Shown piece by piece: positions 46,548 through 54,693 of a stretch of DNA of 64,000 nucleotides. Under the pieces are notes generated by a model that was given only the letters and a program-made list of their open reading frames with translations, did not search any database and was not told the DNA's origin. Numbering within the stretch: position 1 is the first letter of the stretch; each line of letters begins with the position of its first letter. The stretch lies in assembly GCA_964628055.1 (NCBI GenBank), contig CAZVNL010000001.1:4114-68113 (forward strand). The letters are read 5' to 3'. A program made the position numbers and the translations under genes. This DNA is from an uncultured bacterium (GTDB taxonomy: Bacteria; Fidelibacterota; Marinisomatia; Marinisomatales; TCS56).

Positions 46548-47813
46548 TTAAGATGCACCAACTAACGTATTTTCGATGAGTACAGCCGTTCCCTGCCCAC
46601 CTCCAATACATGCGGAGGCGATACCGTAGCGCTCGCCACGGCGCCGTAATTCCAGAGCCAAGGTATGGGTTAACCGGGTTCCTGTGGCCGCCAGGGGATG
46701 CCCAATGGCAATGGACCCTCCATTCACGTTTAATCTTTCCCGATCAAGTCCCAGTTCGCGCTCCACGGCGATGATCTGAGCCCCGAAGGCTTCGTTGATC
46801 TCCCACAGGGCGATATCCGGTACTGCTAACCCCGTAAGTTGAAGCAAATTCTGAATGCTAGGCACGGGACCGATCCCCATGTACTCGGGATCAACTCCTA
46901 CTGAAGCAGAGGCCACAATGCGTGCCAGGGGGGACCGCTCCTGCTGCTTCATAATCTCCTCACTGGCAATGATTACCGCCGCCGCCCCATCGACAATGCC
47001 ACTGGAATTCCCCGCTGTCTGGACGCCGTCCTTCGCAAAAGAAGGACGCAAATTAGCCAGTTGACCCCGATCCGTGGAGCGTACGTACTCATCCCGTTCC
47101 AGGGGTTGCGCGGTGGGGATAGTCTTGAACTTCCGGGAAACCAAACCCTCCCATTCGTGAACGCCCGAAGTTACGGGAATGACTTCCTCTGCTAAAGTAC
47201 CATCGTCCCATTTTCGCTTGGCCCGTTGATGGGATTGAAAGGCATAATCATCCACTTCGGTGCGAGTAATGGAATATTTTTTAGCCAGGTTCTCGGCCGT
47301 CTGTCCCATGGAACAGTTGACGGCTGGATCCAGAAGTCCTTCCCAGAGCATGTCGCCGAAATGAAGCTGTCCTAAACGATAGCCCAGGCGGTTGCCAAAA
47401 GACGTGGTAGGGGCCAGAGTCATGTTCTCCGTCCCCCCTGCCAAGGCCACTTGAGCTTTCCCCAGGACAATGTGTTCCGTGGCCGCAATGATGGCCTCAA
47501 ACCCCGATCCGCAAATGCGCTGTACCATAAGAGCGGGGGTTGTTTGGGGAATGCCCGTGTACAACCCAATATGGCGCGGTAAGTAAATGGCGTCAAAGCC
47601 CGACTGGATGATGTTGGCAAACACTACGTGGTCTATTTGAGCCGATTGCAGGTGTGCCCGACGGATCGCTTCCCGAGAGACGATGATCCCTAAATCGGTG
47701 GGAGAAATTCGTCCCAGAGCCCCGCAAAACTTGCCAAACGGCGTACGAGCCCCTTCCAAGAGATAAACACCTTCGTAACGGGCCCCGAAAATGGCGTGTG
47801 TTTTGTTTTTCAT
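46548..47813 (-). CDS. Acetyl-CoA C-acyltransferase (thiolase)
   Basis: 421 aa with QRICGSGFEAI, NVNGGSIAIGHPLAATG and CIGGGQG. Confidence 0.88.
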   Translation of the reverse strand: MKNKTHAIFGARYEGVYLLEGARTPFGKFCGALGRISPTDLGIIVSREAIRRAHLQSAQIDHVVFANIIQSGFDAIYLPRHIGLYTGIPQTTPALMVQRICGSGFEAIIAATEHIVLGKAQVALAGGTENMTLAPTTSFGNRLGYRLGQLHFGDMLWEGLLDPAVNCSMGQTAENLAKKYSITRTEVDDYAFQSHQRAKRKWDDGTLAEEVIPVTSGVHEWEGLVSRKFKTIPTAQPLERDEYVRSTDRGQLANLRPSFAKDGVQTAGNSSGIVDGAAAVIIASEEIMKQQERSPLARIVASASVGVDPEYMGIGPVPSIQNLLQLTGLAVPDIALWEINEAFGAQIIAVERELGLDRERLNVNGGSIAIGHPLAATGTRLTHTLALELRRRGERYGIASACIGGGQGTAVLIENTLVGAS

Positions 47814-48619
47814 GCTTCTGCTGGCTCCAAAGTTGATTTCGGTACCGCCTGCCAGGCTAAAACGGCAGCCCCAAGGGCGATGATATACTGCGGTTCATCG
47901 GTTACTTCCACGGGGACCCCTAAAGCCTCGGATAACAATATCTTCAAAAAAGGATGATAAGCGATGACCCCACCGCATAAATAGACCGGTCGATCACCGC
48001 GAATAGGCATTTTCCGTATCCGGTTCACGATGGACAGGTAAATACCCCTGGCCATGTCCTCTAAGGGAACCCCGCCAAATTTCCAATTCAATATTTCCGT
48101 TTTGGCAAATACGGTACAAAAACTATTCATGATCCGGGTAGAAGAGGAAGCCTGGGCCAGACGACTCATTTCACTGATCTCCAATTCCGCTTTTTCAGCA
48201 ATTTCAGTGATGAAGGCACCGGTACCGGAAGAACATTTATCGTTCATGTAAAAGTGCTCTACCACCCCCTGGCCATCACATTCGATAATCTTGATATCCT
48301 CTCCCCCAATATCAATGATACACTTTTCCACCGGATGCAGGGTGGTTACCCCAACGGCGGCACAAATGAGCTCCGTCTTCTCCAAGTCCCCGGCGTAGCT
48401 AGTGCGTCCATACCCGGTGGTACAGATCGAGCGAATGGCATAGCGTTGGTTGATCGTTTCGAGAATCTCTTCGAACTGTTCCCGTCGTCGGCTTAAGGTG
48501 GGAATCACCGATCGGTAGACCGCCTCTTTACGGTCGTCAATTACGACAAACTTAGTATAGGAAGAACCCAGGTCAATTCCTAAGAATCCCGTTGATCTCA
48601 TAGAGGAAAGGTGCGGCAT
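47810..48619 (-). CDS. BcrAD/BadFG/HgdC-family ATPase (radical-enzyme activase), third copy in the operon
   Basis: 269 aa with an ASKHA fold (GIDLGSSYTK, DIGGEDIKI). Both cluster-bridging Cys contexts are present (NDKCSSGTG, SFCTVFA). Size fits homodimeric HgdC-type activators. Confidence 0.8.
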   Translation of the reverse strand: MPHLSSMRSTGFLGIDLGSSYTKFVVIDDRKEAVYRSVIPTLSRRREQFEEILETINQRYAIRSICTTGYGRTSYAGDLEKTELICAAVGVTTLHPVEKCIIDIGGEDIKIIECDGQGVVEHFYMNDKCSSGTGAFITEIAEKAELEISEMSRLAQASSSTRIMNSFCTVFAKTEILNWKFGGVPLEDMARGIYLSIVNRIRKMPIRGDRPVYLCGGVIAYHPFLKILLSEALGVPVEVTDEPQYIIALGAAVLAWQAVPKSTLEPAEA

Positions 48620-49582
48620 TCAATCTCCTTCACCACGGAACGGTTGATCCAGGAGTTGGATTAACGTGGTGATCGTTTGATTCAGGGGAGTAGCGATGCC
48701 GTGTTTCTTACCGTATTCTACGATTTTGCCATTCAAGTAATTGATTTCCGTGGGGTGTTCGTTATCGAGGTCCACCAGCATGGAGGGACGATGGCCGCCT
48801 CCGAGATCCAAATAATTCAGGCAGTGATCCATAAAGTCGTCTGAATAATGGATACCCTCAGCCGTGGCCACCTGTAAGGCCTCCTGAAGGATATTAATCA
48901 CCAAATGGCGTCCTGACGTGTGTCCCATAATTTCTTGCATGGTTTTCCCGGCGATGGCGCATACGGGGGCCAAACTGGCGTTCAACATGGCTTTTTCCCA
49001 GACATGTTTGGCAAGCTGGTTGGGGATTTTTGTAGTGAGACCAGTCTGGTTTAACAGAGCAACAACTCGTTCAGCAAGGGACGTACCCCGGGAATCCAAA
49101 GGAGCCAGATAATTGGGAGGATTGAAAAAGCCCACATTCACGGTGGAACGGTCCAACATGTTTCCGGCATAATTAATTACCATGCGTAGGGTTCGATGAG
49201 TCCCAAACACGCGAGCCAGCTCCCGCTCGTTATCGATTCCGTTTTGGGCACTCAGGAGAAAAAAGTCCCGCTCTCGATATTCCGCCAATTCTTTAACCAC
49301 CGTTGTTAAATAAGGGGCTTTTACCGCAATGGTCACTAAGTCCAGCGGACGGGTCATCATCTCAGAGACTGAAGTGCAGGTCTCGTGCAGGTAGACCTGT
49401 TTTTGAATGGCATGAACCAGTTGAATCCCATTCTTTTGCATGGTGGTGATTTTCAAGTGGTCAATATCACAGGCAACCACGGTTGCACCCGCCTCTATTA
49501 AATGGACGGCCAAAACACATCCCACCGGCCCTAAACCGACAACGCCAATCGTTAAGGAGGCTCTATGTGCAGGTACTACCAC
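48620..49582 (-). CDS. Ketopantoate reductase (ApbA/PanE) family NAD(P)H oxidoreductase
   Basis: 320 aa with N-terminal GVVGLGPVG Rossmann, VKA, QNG, W.K...N and SML.D....TE family landmarks. Confidence 0.75.
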   Translation of the reverse strand: MVVPAHRASLTIGVVGLGPVGCVLAVHLIEAGATVVACDIDHLKITTMQKNGIQLVHAIQKQVYLHETCTSVSEMMTRPLDLVTIAVKAPYLTTVVKELAEYRERDFFLLSAQNGIDNERELARVFGTHRTLRMVINYAGNMLDRSTVNVGFFNPPNYLAPLDSRGTSLAERVVALLNQTGLTTKIPNQLAKHVWEKAMLNASLAPVCAIAGKTMQEIMGHTSGRHLVINILQEALQVATAEGIHYSDDFMDHCLNYLDLGGGHRPSMLVDLDNEHPTEINYLNGKIVEYGKKHGIATPLNQTITTLIQLLDQPFRGEGD

Positions 49583-49586
49583 GGCC

Positions 49587-50810
49587 TTAAACGCTTTCTC
49601 TCTCCTGGGCGGGGTGAATCGTTTTCAACTGTTCGATAAAGGTTTCCAAGCGCGTTCGGGTCTGCCCATCGGAGAAGAAGCGCAAGTCATTCAAATCCCC
49701 GTCGATGGTTAAAGTGGGAATTCCCGTTTTTTCCTGCAACCGGGCGGGTAGACCAAAGCGGTTGTTAGCGTTATTGAAACAGGTTTTCGAATCGTGAAAA
49801 ATGACCCCATCTACGTGGAAATCGTCAACCATCCGGCAAAGCATCTGCAACTTGGCATATTCGCCACGGTTGATAAATATCTGGGTATAGGCGTTGGCCA
49901 TGGATTCCAATGGTTTCGAAGGATCGAACTGGTCGAAGACCCAACTATTACAATAGGTCGATGCAACCACGGCGGCCTGGTTATGGGCGCACGTTTCGGA
50001 GAGCATTCGCAAACGACCCCACACAGGCATACCATCCCAATAAAGGCGAACCTCTTCTCCCGGAACACGGGCAAATTTAATCTTCACGCCCATAGTAACT
50101 TCTTTCAAAACCGACTGATAAAACTCTAAACAAACCTGGGTGCCCCGCATTACCACAATGGGGGCCATGAGAATGCAACCGTCGAAAAACGTCAAGGGTG
50201 TGGGTTTATGACGGGCCGCAGACAGCACTTGTTTCCACAGTTGCGAGGCTTTATAACTAAGCTGCACTGTCTCTACGAGACGTTCTTCGGTAAGGGCAGT
50301 ACCGAGTATTTCCTCTCCTGTTTTTAGCAAGGTCTCCAATTGCTTGGTTACGTAGTCAATATCGCCGGGAGTAACCTCTTCCAGGTGGCGGGGTGGGAAT
50401 ATCCCCACCACGGGGCAACCAAACTCGCGACCGAAAAAGTTGAACCACTCAGCCACTTCCCGGCATTGGTTCGTATTAAACACAATGAGGTTCGGTTTGG
50501 GCACGGTGTCCAGACCATAGGCTTTCGCCAGGGGCGTTTCACCCGTGAGATAGGCCCCAATATCCGCCGTTAGGTAGGAACAGACCTCACTGGCAAACCC
50601 TGCCTGGTGCGCCCGGGGAATGTACCTTTCTGCCGTACGGGAGGCGCCTAATAGGGCGCCATGATTTTCAGGAAAGTAGACTTGAAACCCTAAAGCCCGG
50701 AGTAATTCTGCCGGCCCGGCACTGGTGCACCATGCTACGGGGGAGACCAATCCCCGATAGTAATCTTGCATCAAATCCTTTAATAATTCCTGGGAACGTA
50801 AGCGAACCAA
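49587..50810 (-). CDS. Orphan BcrB/BadE-like paralogue (2-hydroxyacyl-CoA dehydratase / benzoyl-CoA reductase D-component family)
   Basis: 407 aa, collinear with the operon's own BcrB (54694-56004). Shared blocks: EVCSYL/DVCSYV, RHKPTPL/RHRPSPI, RGTQVCLEFYQ/RGTRVCVEYYQ, PLESMA, DGVIF..SKTC/DGFVV..IKSC and the terminal DL.D.R. Three Cys positions are shared. Confidence 0.75.
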   Translation of the reverse strand: MVRLRSQELLKDLMQDYYRGLVSPVAWCTSAGPAELLRALGFQVYFPENHGALLGASRTAERYIPRAHQAGFASEVCSYLTADIGAYLTGETPLAKAYGLDTVPKPNLIVFNTNQCREVAEWFNFFGREFGCPVVGIFPPRHLEEVTPGDIDYVTKQLETLLKTGEEILGTALTEERLVETVQLSYKASQLWKQVLSAARHKPTPLTFFDGCILMAPIVVMRGTQVCLEFYQSVLKEVTMGVKIKFARVPGEEVRLYWDGMPVWGRLRMLSETCAHNQAAVVASTYCNSWVFDQFDPSKPLESMANAYTQIFINRGEYAKLQMLCRMVDDFHVDGVIFHDSKTCFNNANNRFGLPARLQEKTGIPTLTIDGDLNDLRFFSDGQTRTRLETFIEQLKTIHPAQERESV

Positions 50811-50812
50811 AG

Positions 50813-52531
50813 TTACTCCAAATGGATAATGTAAACGGGATCAGGCAAAGGTTCTTCCAGGCCATAGAGATTTTCGATATTGGCTTTAAAAACTTTCCCC
50901 ACCACATTAGGCGCTAATTTCATGGAAGGGGTTAGTTCCTCGTTCTCGATGCTCAATTCGTAGTCGATGAGCATAGCAGCTTTCAGCCGGGCGTACTTTT
51001 CGTCGATGGCATGGTTGATCTCCCCCAGGCAATTCTTCAAACACTGGGCAAACTCCTCCATATGCCGGGGACATTTACACCCTACTTTTAAGCGGGATTC
51101 GTCGGTGACTTTGGAAAACATGGTTTTATTGGGAAAAAGTAGGGTCACGGGATAATCCCTCCCACTCCCGGCCACGAAGGCATAGGAAAGGTAAGTGCAG
51201 TCCTTGATAATCAAATTTTCTATTTCGGTGGGGATCACTTTTTCGGCATTACTCAACTTGAAGATGCGATCTTTCCGCGAGATCAAACACAAGCCGGTGG
51301 AGGTGAGGGCGCCCACATCCCCGGTGGCAAACCAACCATCGGGGGTCAACACAGCCTCAGTGGCTTCCGGATTGCGAAAATACCCTGCCATAACATTGGG
51401 GCCTTTCACCAAGATTTCGCCGTCCTCCTTAAGGGCAATTGTTACGCCCGGGATGGGTTTGCCAACGATACCCGCCTGGCGCGGCAAACTAGGCTCCGTC
51501 ACCGTGCAACAGGGTGATGTTTCCGTCAATCCCCATCCTTCATAGACGGGGATGTTCTGTGCTTCGAACATATTGGAGATGGACTTGGGCAAAGGGGCCG
51601 CTGCTGTAAAGATAAATCGCAACTCGTCATGAAAAATGACTTTTTCCAGTTCTGGATCCTGGAGCATGCGGGTGGTGATTTCCTGGTAAACACGAGGTAC
51701 GCTAAAGAAAACAGTGGGTCGTACCTGTTTCCAATTTTGTAGGAGCAAGTCAATATCCTTGCCAAACCCGTGTTCCAGGGAGAGGACGGCACCGTTCACC
51801 AAAGCGGCATACTTCTCGAAAATGCCACCAAAACTGTGGTGCCAGGGTAAATAGGAGAGAAAGCGGTCTTTGGTACTCAACTGCCAGAGGACCTTCATGG
51901 CGGCTTGTTGTGAGAGGATATTTCTGTGGGTGAGTTGCACCAATTTGGGTTTTCCCATGGTTCCCGAGGTGTACATCATGAGTGTCACTGTATCAGAGGA
52001 TACTTCCGCACCTGCGATGAGCTCCCCGTTAGGGTCGTGTAGAAGGAGTTGGGAAAAAGGAACCACATTAGCAGCCGCACTTTCCAGAGGGTCGAAGTGA
52101 ACAATCCGTCGATAGGTCTCCGGATGGGGTATTTTAGCAAACTGTTCCTCGTCGGCGACCACCACAAAACGGGGGTCACAAAACTCTATTAACGCGGCAG
52201 CCCGGTTAGGAGGATAGCCGGCAAAGATGGGAACAGCAACACCCCCCATGGCCATGATGGCCAACTCCAGTTCCAACATTTCCTGCCGATTCCGGGAGAG
52301 CAATGCCACCCGGTCTCCATCTTGAAATCCCACCTCCTGGAAGTAGCCCTGGATGGCGGTAACATCTTTTTGAAACTGACTCCAGGACAAGGGTTGAAAG
52401 CGATTATTGCGTACTTCCTGGTAAATGGCGTGGTCCCGAAGGCGATCTGCATTGGTATTGAGCATGGTAGCCAAGTTAGAGGCGTAATCAGGGAGTGAGA
52501 GTTCACTTTCCAGGATCGGATCAGGTTTCAT
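50813..52531 (-). CDS. AMP-forming acyl-CoA ligase, ACSL/FadD15 (COG1022)-like
   Basis: 572 aa with YTSGTMGKPKLVQLTHRNI, GWGLTETS and GWFATGDVG...ISRKDRIFKLSNAEKVIPTEIE. The last block is the long-chain-type linker rather than the BadA/BclA benzoate-CoA ligase pattern. Confidence 0.75.
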   Translation of the reverse strand: MKPDPILESELSLPDYASNLATMLNTNADRLRDHAIYQEVRNNRFQPLSWSQFQKDVTAIQGYFQEVGFQDGDRVALLSRNRQEMLELELAIMAMGGVAVPIFAGYPPNRAAALIEFCDPRFVVVADEEQFAKIPHPETYRRIVHFDPLESAAANVVPFSQLLLHDPNGELIAGAEVSSDTVTLMMYTSGTMGKPKLVQLTHRNILSQQAAMKVLWQLSTKDRFLSYLPWHHSFGGIFEKYAALVNGAVLSLEHGFGKDIDLLLQNWKQVRPTVFFSVPRVYQEITTRMLQDPELEKVIFHDELRFIFTAAAPLPKSISNMFEAQNIPVYEGWGLTETSPCCTVTEPSLPRQAGIVGKPIPGVTIALKEDGEILVKGPNVMAGYFRNPEATEAVLTPDGWFATGDVGALTSTGLCLISRKDRIFKLSNAEKVIPTEIENLIIKDCTYLSYAFVAGSGRDYPVTLLFPNKTMFSKVTDESRLKVGCKCPRHMEEFAQCLKNCLGEINHAIDEKYARLKAAMLIDYELSIENEELTPSMKLAPNVVGKVFKANIENLYGLEEPLPDPVYIIHLE

Positions 52532-53355
52532 GCATTTGCCTCCAGGAGTTTAAAATGGCGATAACCGCCCCACAGAGCAGCCCCAATGGCGCCGGCGGCA
52601 TATCCATTTTCAGCGGTAAAAACCTCGAGTCCCAAGTTGCGTTCGTGGATCAGTTCGCGTATGGCCACCAGGAGTCCTTCGTCCTGGGCTAGGCCGCCGG
52701 TTAACGCCACAGGGGATTCGGCCTTTAATTTGCTTAGTAATTTAATGACTCGACGGGCAATAGAAAGATGAATCCCTTTAATAATATCGGGGGTGGGAAT
52801 TCCCTGAGAGACCATGTTAATCACATCGGTCTCAGCCAAGACAGCACAAATACCGCTGGTTTTAGCCGGGTTGGTGCTCTGGAGTGACAGGGGACCTACC
52901 TCGTCAATGGTAACTCCCAGATAGCGAGTGATATTTTCTAAAAATTGTCCCGAACCGGAAGCGCACTGTCCCGTCATGGTATAATTTTTCACCCGAGCCC
53001 CCACATCCAGGGACATAACCCGGCAGAACAGGGCCCCTAAATCCACCACCGTTCGCACTTCGGGATGATAGTGATAAGCCCCCCGGGTATGGGTCGTCAT
53101 GCTGTAAAAGTGGCCCCGTTTCTTGCGCACCAATTCTCCCTCCCCGGTGGAGGCCACATACACCAAGTCATTGCAGTCGAGGGCGTGTTGTTTCAGCACA
53201 TAGGCAACGGTTTTATCGATAACTTCAGTGGGATTGCGTTTGCGGATTTTCTCATTTACCAAGGTCAAGACCTGAGGAGGGTCAGCATACTCTACCAGCG
53301 CCACTTTAATAAAGCTGCTGCCTACGTCAATACCCATGGTGAGAGGTGTATTCAT
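52528..53355 (-). CDS. bcrD: Benzoyl-CoA reductase ATPase subunit D (BcrD/BadG-like)
   Basis: 275 aa with an ASKHA fold (GIDVGSSFIK, DLGALFCRV) and Cys contexts TGQCASGSG and GICAVLA. Fourth position of a C-B-A-D block. Confidence 0.8.
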   Translation of the reverse strand: MNTPLTMGIDVGSSFIKVALVEYADPPQVLTLVNEKIRKRNPTEVIDKTVAYVLKQHALDCNDLVYVASTGEGELVRKKRGHFYSMTTHTRGAYHYHPEVRTVVDLGALFCRVMSLDVGARVKNYTMTGQCASGSGQFLENITRYLGVTIDEVGPLSLQSTNPAKTSGICAVLAETDVINMVSQGIPTPDIIKGIHLSIARRVIKLLSKLKAESPVALTGGLAQDEGLLVAIRELIHERNLGLEVFTAENGYAAGAIGAALWGGYRHFKLLEANA

Positions 53356-54644
53356 TGACGTTGGGCACTAAACAGGGCGGCTCCCAAAGCGCCCATAAAA
53401 ATTGAATCTGGATGAATATTGATAGTCACTTTTCCATAACTCTGGGTCACCATCTGGCTCACGTATTTTACGACCGCGGGATTGCGGGCCACCCCACCCG
53501 TAAAAGTGAATTCGTTCCGCACACCCCCAGAGCGGGCCAGAAGAGCAAAGGCTCGTTGGACAATTGCCTGGTGTAAGCCAGCCAAAATGTTTTCCTTTTT
53601 CTCCCCCAAATTTAAATATTCACGTAATTCGGCTCCGGCGAAAACCGTGCAGGTACTGCAAATATTGGTCTCGTAATCGGCGTTCAAAGCGATGGGACCC
53701 AATTCACTGACGCTAACGTTCATTTCGTCGGCGATATAACCTAAGTACCGTCCACACCCAGCGGCGCAACGATCATTCATCTGAAAACTGGTTACCATAC
53801 CGTGTTGGTCAACCTGGATGGCCTTTGTATCCTGGCCGCCTATATCTAAAACGGTGCGCGTTTGGGGAAAATTGGCGTGGGCCCCCATGGCGTGGCATAA
53901 AATTTCCGACTTGATATGCTTTTGTTCGAAGGGCAGGAGCTGGCGACCGTAGCCGGTGCCGATGTAATCCGCCGGCTCCAACGAGAATTGGGCCACCGAT
54001 TTGAGGAATTTACGTAATGGTTCGCGGGCGGAAGCGAAGGTCGCGGGTAATGAATCCAGGGCCGCCTCCATCAACTCCTGAAAATTAAAATCAATGACCT
54101 GATTTTCCACAGGTGTGATGGAGCGATCGTAGAGGGCCACCAGTTGATCGAATAGGGCCTTGTCCTCGTCCTGGATTTTCTGCAGGTAAATACTGCTGAA
54201 AAGGTCACGGAAAAATTCCGAAGTCGTGGTGACTTTGCCATTAAAGAAGCGGTCTCGACATTCTTCCTGGATCTCCACCGCGAGTCGCTTCAGTAAGGTT
54301 TTAATATCCTTTCGGTGAGAGGGAGAGGCCACGGTTTTCAAGTTCGTTTCCATGGTATCAATGAGCAGACGGAACCGGGCCAGGAACTGGAGATAATTAA
54401 AGCGATTTTTCAAGGGGGGCAGCATTTTATCCCAGGAGTTTTTTCCCTTCCCTTTGGCATTTAATTCACGATGGAGAAAGAAAAACCGGGAGTTGAACTC
54501 TGCTTCCATGCGGGCAATGTCAGCCGCAACCTCATAGTTGGAACGCGTGTTAGTAATGCCACGACCAATAATGGTCCCATATTGATCGATAAAGACGGCC
54601 TTGGAGGTCGTGGAGCCCAGGTCAATGCCTAAAAATACTTTCAT
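53352..54644 (-). CDS. bcrA: Benzoyl-CoA reductase ATPase subunit A (BcrA/BadF-like)
   Basis: ~430 aa from MKVFLGIDLGSTTSK (the longer 457-aa ORF would overlap bcrB). A ~180-aa helical insertion splits the ASKHA fold, as in the long BCR ATPase subunit. NDRCAAGCG and CSTCTVFA are present. Confidence 0.8.
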   Translation of the reverse strand: MKVFLGIDLGSTTSKAVFIDQYGTIIGRGITNTRSNYEVAADIARMEAEFNSRFFFLHRELNAKGKGKNSWDKMLPPLKNRFNYLQFLARFRLLIDTMETNLKTVASPSHRKDIKTLLKRLAVEIQEECRDRFFNGKVTTTSEFFRDLFSSIYLQKIQDEDKALFDQLVALYDRSITPVENQVIDFNFQELMEAALDSLPATFASAREPLRKFLKSVAQFSLEPADYIGTGYGRQLLPFEQKHIKSEILCHAMGAHANFPQTRTVLDIGGQDTKAIQVDQHGMVTSFQMNDRCAAGCGRYLGYIADEMNVSVSELGPIALNADYETNICSTCTVFAGAELREYLNLGEKKENILAGLHQAIVQRAFALLARSGGVRNEFTFTGGVARNPAVVKYVSQMVTQSYGKVTINIHPDSIFMGALGAALFSAQRQ

Positions 54645-54693
54645 GGCTGGTGGGGCTACCCTGGCCCTTCTCTTAAAATGGTCGGTTTTTCTC

